Notes: generated by a model not told the origin, from the letters alone. A stretch of DNA of 64,000 bases from Candidatus Latescibacterota bacterium (GCA_965222605.1 OZ244960.1:4832001-4896000), one strand, 5' to 3'. Counted from the first letter of the stretch, positions 19,924-30,648 are shown. Numbers and translations: made by a program.

Positions 19924-21147
19924 TTACCAACTGTTTAGCAAAATGAGATCCAATTCTGTGCCTGCACGCACATGGGCATCTTCGGCATTGACTACGAATA
20001 AGCTGTTTGCGCGGGCCATTGAGAATAGATCAGCCGAGCCGTGGTGTCCGACCCATGTGCTTTGCCACGCGCCGTTTTTGTCTTGAACACTGTGCGCGGG
20101 TACAAATTGCTTTCGCCCGGGCGTTTGTCGAAAATCTGCACTGAGCACCGTGCGGACGGTGGGGAGGTGCAATTCTGTTATGCACTGCATTTTCCTGATT
20201 GCAGGGCGCATGAGCAATTCCAGACCGACCACAGAGGATACCGGATTGCCGGGCAATCCAAAGACCTGTCGGGAGCCTTTTACGCCAAATGTCAGGGGTT
20301 TGCCGGGTTTCATGCGGATGCGGTCAAATAATACTTCGACACCCAGATCCCGCATGCCGTCTTGTACCAGATCGTAATCGCCAGCGGAGACACCGCCCGA
20401 AAGGGCGACTATATCACAGGTCTCCAGACCTTCGCCAATGGTTTGTATCAATGCATGGATGTCGTCTTCTACAATGCCGAGATAACGCGCCTGCGCCCCT
20501 GAGCGCAAGACTTGAGCCATCATTGAGTATCCATTGCTGTTTCGAATTTGCCCGGGTTTGGGTTTGTGTTGTGGTTCAACCACTTCGCTGCCGGTTGCTA
20601 CAATGCCGACCACAGGCTGGCGATAGACCTCGACATGGATATGTCCCACAGCGGCGAGAATGCCAACTTCGGGGGGGCGTATGACCGTGTTGGCGTGTAA
20701 TACCACTTGATTGACGCGCACATCTTCACCGAGGCGGGCGATATTTCTGCCTGTTTCCGTGGTGTCGAGTACTCGCACCTTTTTGGCGTCTGTATGTGGT
20801 TCTGTATCCTCTACCATAATCACCGTATCTGCGCCATCGGGCACGGGTGCGCCTGTCATAATTTGAGATGCTTGCCCGCATTTCACGCGCTTTTGCGGCA
20901 CGGTGCCCGCTGGAATTTCTTCGATCACATCGAGTATGACCGGTGTATTTTGGGATGCGGATGCGATATCTGCTCCCTGAAGGGCATAACCATCCATGAG
21001 GGCTTTGTCAAAGGGCGGCATGTCGATATCCGAATGCACGTCTTCGGATAAAACGCGCCCGAGCACATCGTCCAGACCAACGCGGATTTTGTCAATTGCC
21101 TGGGTGTTTTCGAGTACAATGCGAATGGCGTCGTCCATTTCAATCAT
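19924..21147 (-). CDS. moeA: molybdopterin molybdotransferase
   Basis: [30 protein letters not shown] and GLPGNPVS; true start at 21147 behind AGGAG. Confidence 0.94.
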   Translation of the reverse strand: MIEMDDAIRIVLENTQAIDKIRVGLDDVLGRVLSEDVHSDIDMPPFDKALMDGYALQGADIASASQNTPVILDVIEEIPAGTVPQKRVKCGQASQIMTGAPVPDGADTVIMVEDTEPHTDAKKVRVLDTTETGRNIARLGEDVRVNQVVLHANTVIRPPEVGILAAVGHIHVEVYRQPVVGIVATGSEVVEPQHKPKPGQIRNSNGYSMMAQVLRSGAQARYLGIVEDDIHALIQTIGEGLETCDIVALSGGVSAGDYDLVQDGMRDLGVEVLFDRIRMKPGKPLTFGVKGSRQVFGLPGNPVSSVVGLELLMRPAIRKMQCITELHLPTVRTVLSADFRQTPGRKQFVPAHSVQDKNGAWQSTWVGHHGSADLFSMARANSLFVVNAEDAHVRAGTELDLILLNSW

Positions 21148-21276
21148 AACTTTTACTCCTTGTTTTATTTTCATTAATCGCGCATAATATACGTAAACTT
21201 GCCCGAAGTATCTGAGATTTTTTTTGTATTTTTTATGGGAAAATCGCGATAGAGTGTATCTTATATGAGGAGTATT

Positions 21277-21996
21277 ATGTCCAAAACAGCTATTATTACT
21301 GGCGCAGGCACTGGTATTGGTGCGAGCATTGCCATTGCATTTGCCGAAGCGGGCTATAATCTCGCGCTCGTGGGTCGGCGCATAGAACCTTTGGAAGAGA
21401 TAGCGCGGCAATGCGACACTGACAATATCGAGATTTGTGCTACCGATGTTGCCGACCGCCAGGCGGTTCAAGTGCTTGCCGAACAGACGGTCGCGGCTTT
21501 TGGGTGCATTGATATTTTGGTGAACAACGCGGGCATCAATACCAAAAAGCGCCACTTGGCTGATATTGCGGATGAAGACTGGGACCGCGTTATGGAGATC
21601 AATCTCACGGGTGCTTTTAATGCGTTTCGCGCTGTTTTGCCGCAAATGAAAGTGCAAAATGACGGTCTGGTTATCAATATCTCATCTATGGCTGGCAAAC
21701 GAGCGGGTATGATCAGTGGTGTGGCTTATAGCGCGTCCAAATTTGGCATGGCCGCGCTGAATCAATCGATCAATGTCGAGTTTCGAGAAGATGGCATTCG
21801 CGCCTGCTGTATTTATCCCGGCGAAGTCGATACACCTATCTTAGACCACCGCCCCAATCCCGTCTCAGATGAAAAACGCGCCGCCGCTCTTTTGCCCGAA
21901 GACATTGCCGCCGCCGCACTTATGGTCGCTCAGATGCCAGACCGCGTCATTGTCGAAGAAATTACCATTTTTCCACGCCGGGTGGTCGGGAGATAG
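21277..21996 (+). CDS. short-chain dehydrogenase/reductase
   Basis: TGAGTGIG, NNAG and YSASK. Confidence 0.92.
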   Translation: MSKTAIITGAGTGIGASIAIAFAEAGYNLALVGRRIEPLEEIARQCDTDNIEICATDVADRQAVQVLAEQTVAAFGCIDILVNNAGINTKKRHLADIADEDWDRVMEINLTGAFNAFRAVLPQMKVQNDGLVINISSMAGKRAGMISGVAYSASKFGMAALNQSINVEFREDGIRACCIYPGEVDTPILDHRPNPVSDEKRAAALLPEDIAAAALMVAQMPDRVIVEEITIFPRRVVGR

Positions 21997-22053
21997 TATG
22001 TCCGTCGTATCTACTCATGTGCGTGCGTTAGAATCAGTAAGGAAAAAAATAAA

Positions 22054-23595
22054 ATGAAAACGGAAATCATTATCAATGTCGCTTCACACGAGTCGAGAAT
22101 TGCTATTCTCGAAGATGGCCGGCTCGCGGAAATTCTCGTTGAACGCGCTGAAAAAGAACGCATGGTTGGCGATATTTATCAGGGTGTTGTCACCGCTGTT
22201 CTGCCTGGCTTACAGGCCGGTTTTGTCGATATTGGGCAGGAAAAAGCGGCTTTTTTGCACGTTTCTGATATGCCTGGCTCGCCCGGCTCAATGGTCGAAC
22301 TCGACTCGGAAATCCTTGAAGACATCCGAGTTCAGGCCAATGGGCAGGGCAAATTCTCTATTGATGAGCTTTTGTCCAAAGGCCAGGAAATTATTGTGCA
22401 GATTAAAAAAGAGTCTATCAGTACAAAAGGGCCGCGCATTACTGCTGTGCCATCGCTTGCCGGTCGGTTTATGGTGCTTGTACCGGATGGGGATAAAGTG
22501 GGTGTGTCGCGCAAAATTACCAACTGGCGTGAAAAGCGGCGTCTTCGGGATATGGGGGGCAATATCAAGCCCGAGGGCTTTGGCCTTATTGTGCGTACCG
22601 AAGCCCGTGACAAGGGCGAGCGAGAACTCAGGCGCGACCTCAAGCAACTTTTGACAACGTGGAAACGACTTCAAAAACAGGGTAAGAAGAGCAGCGGTCC
22701 CAAATTGCTCCACAAAGAAATAGGCATGACGTCTGGCCTTATTCGCGATTTGTTCACTGAGGATGTTCACCGCCTGGTCATCGATTCGAAACGCGAATAC
22801 AAGCAAATTCAGACATATCTCAAAGGGGTCTCGCCAGAGTTGCGCCAGACCGTTGAATACTACGGCGATACGCGGCCGATTTTCGACGCTTTTGGTATTG
22901 AGGCAGAAATCGAAAAACTCGCCGAACGCAGAGTCTGGTTCAAAGGTGGTGGTTATCTGGTTATTGATCCGACAGAAGCTCTGGTTGCCATTGATATCAA
23001 CAGTGGACGCAGTGTGGGTAAAGGGCGTGCCAACCAGGATGAAACCATGCTCAAGACCAATTTGGAGGCCGCCCGAGAAGTTGCTCGCCAACTTCGCTTG
23101 CGCGATATGGGCGGGCTTGTGGTTGTCGATTTTATCGATATGAACCACGCGCGAGATCGCAAGCGCGTCGAAGAAGAAATGCGCCAGGCCATTCGCCGAG
23201 ATCGGTCCAAAATTCGGTATTCGCGCATTACGGAGTTTGGTCTCATGGAGATGACCCGCCAGCGGGTGCGTCCCAGTTTGATGGCCACTTATTCTGCGCC
23301 CTGCCCGCAATGCCATGGCACGGGACATATTCCGAGCCAGGAAACCGTGCTGTCGAGCATCGAACGCTGGCTCAAACGCTCTCGCGCCGCCGCGCTCGAA
23401 CGACGGCTTACCGTTCAGGTTCACCCCACACTCGGGTTTTATTTACTCGAAAATCGCCGGGAACGCCTGAAAGCTATTCGCAAATCTACTCGGGTTTGGC
23501 TCGATGTTGAATCATCTCCGGATTTGACCGAAGAAGATTATCGCATTTTTTCCAGAAAACGGAAGATCGATGTGACAAATGAAGTTCAAACTTGA
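22054..23595 (+). CDS. rng: ribonuclease G/E family
   Basis: S1 domain, AIDINSG, LRLRDMGGLVVVDFIDM, LMEMTRQR and CPQCHGTG. Confidence 0.92.
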   Translation: MKTEIIINVASHESRIAILEDGRLAEILVERAEKERMVGDIYQGVVTAVLPGLQAGFVDIGQEKAAFLHVSDMPGSPGSMVELDSEILEDIRVQANGQGKFSIDELLSKGQEIIVQIKKESISTKGPRITAVPSLAGRFMVLVPDGDKVGVSRKITNWREKRRLRDMGGNIKPEGFGLIVRTEARDKGERELRRDLKQLLTTWKRLQKQGKKSSGPKLLHKEIGMTSGLIRDLFTEDVHRLVIDSKREYKQIQTYLKGVSPELRQTVEYYGDTRPIFDAFGIEAEIEKLAERRVWFKGGGYLVIDPTEALVAIDINSGRSVGKGRANQDETMLKTNLEAAREVARQLRLRDMGGLVVVDFIDMNHARDRKRVEEEMRQAIRRDRSKIRYSRITEFGLMEMTRQRVRPSLMATYSAPCPQCHGTGHIPSQETVLSSIERWLKRSRAAALERRLTVQVHPTLGFYLLENRRERLKAIRKSTRVWLDVESSPDLTEEDYRIFSRKRKIDVTNEVQT

Positions 23596-23620
23596 CATAA
23601 AGTGATACTTCGGATAAATT
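23592..23620 (+). promoter_or_regulatory. sigma70-like promoter for rplU-rpmA
   Basis: TTGACA-N17-TAAATT. Confidence 0.55.
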
Positions 23621-23721
23621 CGACTCTCTTTGGGTTTTCCGATCCACGCTGGGTCGGGAAGTCTGTTTGTAAATGGCAAAAGTTGGAACTTGGGACTGAA
23701 ACTGTTTCTGGAGGTTTAAGT

Positions 23722-24033
23722 ATGTATGCAGTAGTCGATATCGCTGGCAGCCAATACAAGGTGCAAGAGGGCGATCATATCCGCGTGGCCCGGATCGATG
23801 CCGAGGAGGGGGCTTCTCTCACTTTGCCCCATGTGTTGCTCGTAGGTGGCAGCGATGAAATCAAAGTGGGTACGCCTCAAGTTGAAGGGGCTGCTGTCGA
23901 AGCTCTTGTCAAAGGACATGGTCGGGCAGATAAAATCACGGTTTTTAAGATGAAGCGCCGCAAGACTTACCGCCGCAAAAATGGGCATCGGCAATCTTAT
24001 ACCGAACTTCAGATTGAAAAAATTGTAGCGTGA
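23722..24033 (+). CDS. rplU: 50S ribosomal protein L21
   Basis: MYAVV..GSQYKV...GHRQ; GGAGG RBS. Confidence 0.97.
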   Translation: MYAVVDIAGSQYKVQEGDHIRVARIDAEEGASLTLPHVLLVGGSDEIKVGTPQVEGAAVEALVKGHGRADKITVFKMKRRKTYRRKNGHRQSYTELQIEKIVA

Positions 24034-24057
24034 GAGCTAGAATCAAGGAGGCTTTTC

Positions 24058-24309
24058 ATGGCACACAAAAAAGGTGTTGGTAGCTCGAGAAATGGCAGGG
24101 ATAGTCAAGGAAGACGCCTGGGTGTAAAATCCTATGGCGGCCAAAATGTCTCTGCGGGTACAATTATTATGCGCCAGCGCGGCACAAAAGTCCATCCTGG
24201 CAATAATGTTGGCAGGGGTAGAGACGATACGTTGTATTCGCTCATTGATGGGCGTGTCCAATTTGAGCACCTCGGCAAGAAGCGCAAAAAAGTCAGTGTT
24301 TACGCGTAA
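24058..24309 (+). CDS. rpmA: 50S ribosomal protein L27
   Basis: [16 protein letters not shown]. Confidence 0.98.
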   Translation: MAHKKGVGSSRNGRDSQGRRLGVKSYGGQNVSAGTIIMRQRGTKVHPGNNVGRGRDDTLYSLIDGRVQFEHLGKKRKKVSVYA

Positions 24310-24326
24310 GAGGCGAGAGGCGTGAG

Positions 24327-25253
24327 GTGAACAAAATTGGGATTGTTGGTGCTGGCAATGTGGGGGCGACTTCTGCACAGCGCATTGCCGAGAGAGAGTT
24401 GGCCCGCGAGGTTGTGCTTCTCGATGTGGCTGAGGGTATTCCGCAGGGCAAGGGCCTCGATATGGCGGAATCTGCACCTGTCGAGCGTTTTGATACCCGC
24501 CTGATTGGCACCAATGACCCCAGCGTGCTTTCGGGATGTGATCTCGTGGTGATTACCGCTGGGATTGCGCGCAAGCCCGGCATGAGCCGCGATGATTTGC
24601 AGGCGACCAATGCCGATATTGTCGGTACGGTTTCCGAAGGGGTGCGGGATGTGGCTCCTCAGGCTATTGTTGTCGTGGTCTCGAATCCGCTCGATGTGAT
24701 GACGTATGTGGCGTTGAAAAAAACCGGCTTTCCTCCGCATCGCGTGGTTGGGATGGCCGGTATTCTCGATTCTGCGCGTTTTCGCTTTTTTGTTGCCGAG
24801 GCGCTCGATGTTTCTGTTGAAGATGTGACGGCTTTTGTGCTGGGCGGACACGGGGATTCTATGGTTCCCCTGCCTCGCTATTCTTCTGTTGCGGGGATTC
24901 CTCTGACCGAATTGCTCGATGGGTCCACCATTGATGCGATTGTGCAGCGGACGCGGGATGGCGGCGCGGAGATTGTGGGACATCTCAAAACGGGGAGTGC
25001 GTATTATGCGCCGGCTTCGGCGGTTGCCGAAATGACCACGGCGATTGTGCGCGATAAAAAACGCATTTTGCCCTGTGCGGCGTATCTCACCGGGCAATAC
25101 GGTATCCACGATCTGTTTGTCGGTGTGCCCATCAAGCTCGGCGCCAAAGGCGTTGAGAGCATTATCGAAATTGGCCTGACCCCAGAAGAAACCGCTGCCC
25201 TGCAAAAATCTGCCGATGAGGTGCGAGAAAATATTGCGAAACTTGAGTTGTGA
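24327..25253 (+). CDS. mdh: malate dehydrogenase (LDH-like)
   Basis: [23 protein letters not shown] and TGSAYYAP. Confidence 0.95.
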   Translation: MNKIGIVGAGNVGATSAQRIAERELAREVVLLDVAEGIPQGKGLDMAESAPVERFDTRLIGTNDPSVLSGCDLVVITAGIARKPGMSRDDLQATNADIVGTVSEGVRDVAPQAIVVVVSNPLDVMTYVALKKTGFPPHRVVGMAGILDSARFRFFVAEALDVSVEDVTAFVLGGHGDSMVPLPRYSSVAGIPLTELLDGSTIDAIVQRTRDGGAEIVGHLKTGSAYYAPASAVAEMTTAIVRDKKRILPCAAYLTGQYGIHDLFVGVPIKLGAKGVESIIEIGLTPEETAALQKSADEVRENIAKLEL

Positions 25254-25289
25254 GAGTTGACAGAATAAAATAAAAACGGTTTCTTAATC

Positions 25290-25335
25290 AGCCCGTTCAA
25301 TCCCCCAAATAGAAGGGTAGTTGGACGGGCTTTTA
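25290..25335 (+). terminator. hairpin after mdh (agcccgtYcaa...ttggacgggct family)
   Basis: Inverted repeat followed by TTTT; related hairpins inside the repeats at 42580-42636 and 44851-44907. Confidence 0.55.
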
Positions 25336-25366
25336 TCTTATGAGCAAAAAATGAGAGGACGATCAA

Positions 25367-27502
25367 ATGCAAGATAGCCAGGTCAATCGCATTCCCAACT
25401 TTATCTGGGGCATTGCCGACGATGTGTTGCGCGATCTGTATGTGCGGGGCAAGTACCGCGATATTATTCTGCCGATGACGGTGATTCGGCGGCTGGACGC
25501 GGCGCTTGAGCCGACCAAGCAGGCTGTTCTCGCTATGCAAGCCAGGCTCGACGCTGATGGCGTTGTTGAACAGGAAGCCGCCCTGAAGCAAGCTGCTGGG
25601 CACGCTTTTTACAACGCATCTCCATTCACTTTGCGCGATCTTCGTTCCCGCGCCAACCGACAGCAGCTGCGCGCTGATTTTGAGGCGTACCTGGATGGAT
25701 TTTCGTCCAATGTGCAGGATATTCTGAAGAATTTCGAGTTTCGCAACCAGATTCCGCGTTTGTCCGATGCCGATGCTCTGGGCGCGCTGATTGAAAAATT
25801 TCTGTCGCCGGATATCAATCTCAGTCCCTATCCGGTTGAGAATGGCGATGGCTCTGTGCGATTTTCCGGTCTGGACAATCACGCGATGGGTACTATTTTT
25901 GAGGAATTGGTGCGGCGGTTTAACGAGGAGAATAACGAGGAGGCCGGCGAACACTGGACGCCACGCGACGCTGTCAAGCTGATGGCGAGTCTGATTTTTC
26001 TTCCGGTTGCCGACGAGATTGAGTCGAGTACCTATTTGCTCTACGATGGTGCTTGCGGTACGGGTGGCATGCTAACTGTCGCAGAGGAGACGCTTCGAGA
26101 TCTCGCCCAGGCGCGTGGCAAGCAGGTTTCTACGCATCTTTACGGTCAGGAGATCAATGCCGAGACTTATGCTATTTGCAAGGCGGATCTGCTGCTGAAG
26201 GGCGAGGGCAGCGCGGCGGATAATATTATCGGCGGACCGGAATATTCGACGCTTTCAAACGATGCTTTCCCATCCCACAAGTTTGATTTTATGCTCAGCA
26301 ATCCGCCTTATGGCAAGAGTTGGAAGAATGATCTGGCTCGCCTGGGGGGTAAGAGTGGCTTATCCGATCCGCGCTTTCTCATCGTTCACGATAGCGACCC
26401 GGAGTATTCTCTGCTCACCCGCTCCAGCGATGGGCAGATGTTGTTCCTCGCCAATATGCTTTCGAAGATGAAGCGCGGTACCAGTCTGGGTAGCCGTATC
26501 GCCGAGGTCCACAATGGGAGTTCTCTGTTCACTGGCGACGCCGGGCAGGGCGAGAGCAATATCCGCCGCTGGATTATCGAGAATGACTATCTGGAGGCGA
26601 TTGTCGCGCTGCCGCTCAATATGTTCTACAATACCGGTATTGCCACGTATATCTGGGTGCTGACCAACCGCAAGCCAGCGCATCGGCAGGGTAAGGTGCA
26701 ACTTATTGATGCGACCGAGTGGTACAGCTCCCTGCGTAAGAATCTGGGTGCTAAGAACTGTGAGTTGTCCAATGATGACATCCGCCGCATTTGCGACGCT
26801 TTTCTCTCGTTTGAGGAGACGGAGCAGTCGAAGATTTTTCCCAATAAGGCTTTCGGCTACTATAAGGTGACGGTTGAACGACCGCTGAGGCTCGCTGTCG
26901 ATCTGTCGCCAGAGCACCGCGTGAGATTTCGGGATGTCTGCGGTGAAGCAAAGGAAGAACCGCTCGCCGATGTGGTTGATGGGGTAGCGGAGACTATCGG
27001 CAACGGTTCCCATCTCGATTTCAACAGTTTTATAGATGCGGTCGCCGCAGAGGCTTCTGAGCAGGGCGTCAAGCTGATCGCCAAGCGAAAGAAGCTGTTG
27101 CAAACGTCGCTGGCATTTCGGGATGAAGCTGCCGAACCGATTATTAAGAAGGTGCATAAACTCGGGAAGATGGAGCCAGACCCGATTCGCGGTCTGGTAG
27201 AGGCAACTGTGAACGGTCAGAGCGTTGTCGTTGAATATGAGCCAGATAGTGAGTTGCGCGATACCGAACAGGTGCCCCTGCTCGACGAGGGCGGTATTGA
27301 GGGTTTCTTGAGACACGAGGTATTGCCTTATGCTCCGGATGCATGGTACGTTTCGACGAGTGTTAAAATCGGCTATGAGATCAGCTTTACCCGCCACTTC
27401 TACAAGCCACAACCCATGCGTTCGCGAGAAGAAATCCGTGCTGATATAATGGTGCTGGAGCGGGAGAGTGAAGGGGTGTTGGCGGAGATTATTGGGGAGT
27501 AA
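25367..27502 (+). CDS. hsdM: type I R-M methyltransferase subunit
   Basis: FIWGIADDVLR, GEHWTPRD, YDGACGTGGML and SNPPY. Confidence 0.95.
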   Translation: MQDSQVNRIPNFIWGIADDVLRDLYVRGKYRDIILPMTVIRRLDAALEPTKQAVLAMQARLDADGVVEQEAALKQAAGHAFYNASPFTLRDLRSRANRQQLRADFEAYLDGFSSNVQDILKNFEFRNQIPRLSDADALGALIEKFLSPDINLSPYPVENGDGSVRFSGLDNHAMGTIFEELVRRFNEENNEEAGEHWTPRDAVKLMASLIFLPVADEIESSTYLLYDGACGTGGMLTVAEETLRDLAQARGKQVSTHLYGQEINAETYAICKADLLLKGEGSAADNIIGGPEYSTLSNDAFPSHKFDFMLSNPPYGKSWKNDLARLGGKSGLSDPRFLIVHDSDPEYSLLTRSSDGQMLFLANMLSKMKRGTSLGSRIAEVHNGSSLFTGDAGQGESNIRRWIIENDYLEAIVALPLNMFYNTGIATYIWVLTNRKPAHRQGKVQLIDATEWYSSLRKNLGAKNCELSNDDIRRICDAFLSFEETEQSKIFPNKAFGYYKVTVERPLRLAVDLSPEHRVRFRDVCGEAKEEPLADVVDGVAETIGNGSHLDFNSFIDAVAAEASEQGVKLIAKRKKLLQTSLAFRDEAAEPIIKKVHKLGKMEPDPIRGLVEATVNGQSVVVEYEPDSELRDTEQVPLLDEGGIEGFLRHEVLPYAPDAWYVSTSVKIGYEISFTRHFYKPQPMRSREEIRADIMVLERESEGVLAEIIGE

Positions 27503-27547
27503 ACCCACAGCAAATGCAATGTCCTGCCCAAAACATGTAGGGGTGTG

Positions 27548-27593
27548 CTTGAATATACGCATAAAGTTAGCTATACTAAATGCAGCATTAAAT
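27548..27593 (+). promoter_or_regulatory. sigma70-like promoter module, copy 1
   Basis: TTGAAT-N17-TATACT; 36/46 identical to 42641-42686. Confidence 0.7.
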
Positions 27594-27799
27594 TGAACTC
27601 TGATGTGTACAATAACGTCATGTGTGACTTCAGGATCAGTGGTCAGTTGCACTGTCATTCTGAGCGGAGCGTAGCGGAGTCGAAGGAGCGGTGATTGCTA
27701 TAATAAAGGGTAAAGAAAAAAGTTGAGTAAACAGGCCATAGTTGCCAAATTCGAAGATTGCAAAAAAACCATTTAATTATCTTCTTCGAGGAGGCAACC

Positions 27800-29068
27800 A
27801 TGGCCAAGCATCACAAGCAAATCGAGTATGTAGAACCCAACACCTTGATCGTTGGCATTGATATCGGTAAATCGGTTCACTTCGTCAAGATGATGTTAGA
27901 AGGCAGGCAGATCGCCGCATTCAAACTCTACAATGAAGGTATGTCCTTTATGTCATTGCTCGACAAAATCCGACAGGTTGAAAAGCACCATCAGTGTGCG
28001 GCAACCCTGATTGGTATGGAACCTACTGGACATTATTGGTTGCCGTTGGCCTACTTTCTGCGGGCTCATAAACAGCCCTTCGTCCTGATTCAGCCTTCCC
28101 ATGTGCGCTGGTCGAAAGAGATGGGGGACAACAGTCCCTTAAAAACAGACGACAAGGATGCTGGTGTCATCGCTGAACTGGTACGCCAGGGCAAGTCTCA
28201 CAGGGCCTATCTGCCTGAAGGGGTCTATGCCGATTTGCGTGCCTTGACAGCGATGCGCTATGAAAAGAAAGATCAAATCACAGCGGCTAAAAACGTGCTT
28301 CATCGTATCCTGGATGTCCTCTTTCCTGAGTTTGTGTCCCTCTTCAGCGATATAACAGGCAAAACCGCACAACAGATCCTCAACGTAGCACCTACGCCTT
28401 TGCAGATACAAGCCCTTGGCATTGATGAACTTACTCTCCTGATCCAAAAGGCATCAAATCGTCGCCTCTCCAAAGCCAAAGCACAGGCCGTCCTTGAAGC
28501 GGCTTCCACCTCCATTGGCGTGAACCAGGCCATAGACAGTATCTGCCTCGAACTGATGCAAACCCTCTGCTTAATGGATCTGCTTAAAACCCAACTGCAA
28601 GAAATCGAAACCCAAATGAACGAACACCTACAACATATACCCCAAGCAGGATATATGTGCTCAATCCCTGGACTGGGACCAATCAGTGTGGCATCTATAC
28701 TCGGCGAAACAGGCCCCTTTGAGGCTTATCAAGCACCTGAACAACTCATCAAACTGGCTGGCTTAAACCTCTTTGAAATCTCTTCAGGATATAAAAAGGG
28801 CACACGAAGAATCGCCAAAAGGGGACGCGCAAGACTTAGACGCATCCTCTATACAGCGGTCTTTCCTCTCATCTTCCATAATCCCATCTTCAAGGAGGCC
28901 TATCACCGATTTAAAGGGGCAGGAAAACCCACACAAAAAGCCATTATTGCCCTTTGCTCTAAACTCTTACGCATCCTCTTCGCGCTGGTCAATAAACAAG
29001 AAACTTTCAACATAAACTGCAACACCAAAAAGGAAAAGGTAGTATCTCAAGTAAAAAAAGCAGCTTAA
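27800..29068 (+). CDS. IS110 DEDD recombinase/transposase
   Basis: VGIDIGK, GMEPTG, KTDDKDA, SIPGLG and SSG motifs; GAGGAGG RBS. Confidence 0.95.
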   Translation: MAKHHKQIEYVEPNTLIVGIDIGKSVHFVKMMLEGRQIAAFKLYNEGMSFMSLLDKIRQVEKHHQCAATLIGMEPTGHYWLPLAYFLRAHKQPFVLIQPSHVRWSKEMGDNSPLKTDDKDAGVIAELVRQGKSHRAYLPEGVYADLRALTAMRYEKKDQITAAKNVLHRILDVLFPEFVSLFSDITGKTAQQILNVAPTPLQIQALGIDELTLLIQKASNRRLSKAKAQAVLEAASTSIGVNQAIDSICLELMQTLCLMDLLKTQLQEIETQMNEHLQHIPQAGYMCSIPGLGPISVASILGETGPFEAYQAPEQLIKLAGLNLFEISSGYKKGTRRIAKRGRARLRRILYTAVFPLIFHNPIFKEAYHRFKGAGKPTQKAIIALCSKLLRILFALVNKQETFNINCNTKKEKVVSQVKKAA

Positions 29069-29421
29069 GCTCCTGGGATGAGCAGGATAGAACGAAGTTG
29101 TACATACGGGCTTTGACCCTGAAGCGGTGACCTATTCGCCTGCCTTCTCAGGAGCTTGAATGAAGCAATTTAAGGGCACTGACCCTGAATGACATACCTG
29201 TGTAAAGCCCTGAGATATATCTGGCAGGAATACCTGCTCGCGCTCGAATTTGGCACTTTTTCTACTTGACTTTCTTATACCTGTACAACTGCGATAGCAG
29301 TTTATCTGTTGCCTGAACGATATGCATGGGTAAAGATGCTTCGTCAGCCTATCGGGTGTTGGGCGCAGGAGATTCATTGCGCCCGCCTCAGCATGACATA
29401 GCGTAGTAGCACATTCAATTT
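29067..29421 (+). ncRNA. putative bridge/seek RNA region of the IS110 element
   Basis: Long stem 29067-29078/29146-29157 and two copies of gggc..tgaccctgaa (29108, 29174); boundaries uncertain. Confidence 0.6.
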
Positions 29422-29524
29422 TGAAGTCACACATCATGTGTACAATAATATTTCGGGACAATATTGAAGATTGAGTGGACGAAGCAATCTCAATTCGAAA
29501 CCAGTATCCGAATGGCGCAGTACC

Positions 29525-29977
29525 ATGACCGAAAACAGGACACAGTTTGACGAGGAGTCATCCGCAGTCCACGCTCATCTTTCCATCATGCAGGGCGTAA
29601 TCCAGCGGATGGCGGAGAATAGTCGTTACTGCAAGACCTGGTGCATCATAATAGTCTCGGCTGTCCTCATTTTCGTAGCGTGGGTAGAGAAGCCTGACTA
29701 CATACTGATCGCTCTGGTTCCGACGGTCCTATTCCTATTTCTCGACACGTACTATTTGGCTCTGGAACGCGGCTTCAGAGCATCTTATGAAATATTTGTT
29801 GAGAAGTTACATGTAGCCGATGAAGACATATCTTCGGACCTTTATGTTGTGAGGCTGACCGGTTCAATCCGAAGTCATTTCTTGCGAAGTCTGTTATCCC
29901 CTGCAATTTGGCCCTTCTATCTCATGCTATTCCTCATGATAGGAATACTGTTCTTTTGGCTAGCAAGATGCGCGTGA
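29525..29977 (+). CDS. small 3-TM membrane protein (HLxxxQxVIxRMAxNS...KxW type), putative defence effector
   Basis: Hydrophobic helices, LDTYYLALER motif and position inside the R-M operon. Confidence 0.7.
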   Translation: MTENRTQFDEESSAVHAHLSIMQGVIQRMAENSRYCKTWCIIIVSAVLIFVAWVEKPDYILIALVPTVLFLFLDTYYLALERGFRASYEIFVEKLHVADEDISSDLYVVRLTGSIRSHFLRSLLSPAIWPFYLMLFLMIGILFFWLARCA

Positions 29978-29999
29978 GACCGTCACGAGGAGAATAACA

Positions 30000-30308
30000 A
30001 TGGCAATGAAATCTTTAGACCAACATATCGAGATTACCCCCGGTATATGCAGCGGCAAGCCGCGTATTGCCGGCCATCGCATTACCGTGGCGCACATCGC
30101 CATCTGGCATGAACGCATGGGCAAATGTGCAGATGAAATCGCCACAGAATACGATTTGACACTGGCCGATGTGTATGCAGCATTGGCCTACTATTTTGAT
30201 CACCGCGAGGAGATTGACCAATCGATTCAAGAGAGTGAAGAATTTGTGAAGGCCTTCCGCCAACAGACCTTCTCAAAGCTGGCTGAAAAGCTGCAAGAAA
30301 AGAGATAA
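30000..30308 (+). CDS. DUF433 antitoxin (VapB45-like), copy 1
   Basis: IEITPGICSGKPRIAGHRITV...LTLADVYAALAYY. Confidence 0.92.
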   Translation: MAMKSLDQHIEITPGICSGKPRIAGHRITVAHIAIWHERMGKCADEIATEYDLTLADVYAALAYYFDHREEIDQSIQESEEFVKAFRQQTFSKLAEKLQEKR

Positions 30309-30309
30309 T

Positions 30310-30648
30310 GTGGCGAAGATTAAATTCTACACGGATGAGCATATCTCAAACTCTGTGGGGATGGGGCTTCGCCAAAGGGGCGTGGATGTATTGACTGTTC
30401 CAGAAGCGGGAATGCGGGGCGCATCTGACGAAGATCATTTGAGAAAGGCGTGGGAAGAAGGGCGCGTATTCTTTACGCAAGATGATGATTTTCTCCGCTT
30501 GGCAGCAGCAAGTGTAGATCATGCTGGAATTGTTTACGCAACTCAAGCATATACGATTGGCACAATTATCTCTGGTTTAATGTTAATCCATGAGGTATTG
30601 GAAGCGGACGAGATGATCGGTCATGTAGAGTATCTCATCAGAATATGA
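30310..30648 (+). CDS. DUF5615 PIN-like toxin (VapC45-like)
   Basis: FYTDEHI, GASDEDHL, FTQDDDF and HAGI. Confidence 0.9.
   Translation: MAKIKFYTDEHISNSVGMGLRQRGVDVLTVPEAGMRGASDEDHLRKAWEEGRVFFTQDDDFLRLAAASVDHAGIVYATQAYTIGTIISGLMLIHEVLEADEMIGHVEYLIRI

Larger units (their letters stand above)
27603..29448 (+). mobile_element. IS110-family (IS1111-type) insertion sequence
   Basis: Perfect 13-bp subterminal IR atgtgtgacttca (27620-27632)/tgaagtcacacat (29422-29434); flanking 13-bp direct repeat atgtgtacaataa; long right non-coding end. Confidence 0.9.

Noticed and set aside
21148-21657. 170-aa N-terminal extension of MoeA in the ORF track
   Set aside because: Antisense shadow of the SDR gene; the real start with RBS is at 21147
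22288-26471. Long antisense ORFs over rng, mdh and hsdM
   Set aside because: Shadow frames of well-supported genes with no recognisable motifs
27536-27560. Degenerate GTAG REP after hsdM as IS110 target
   Set aside because: The palindrome is poor and the IS junction lies about 40 nt further on
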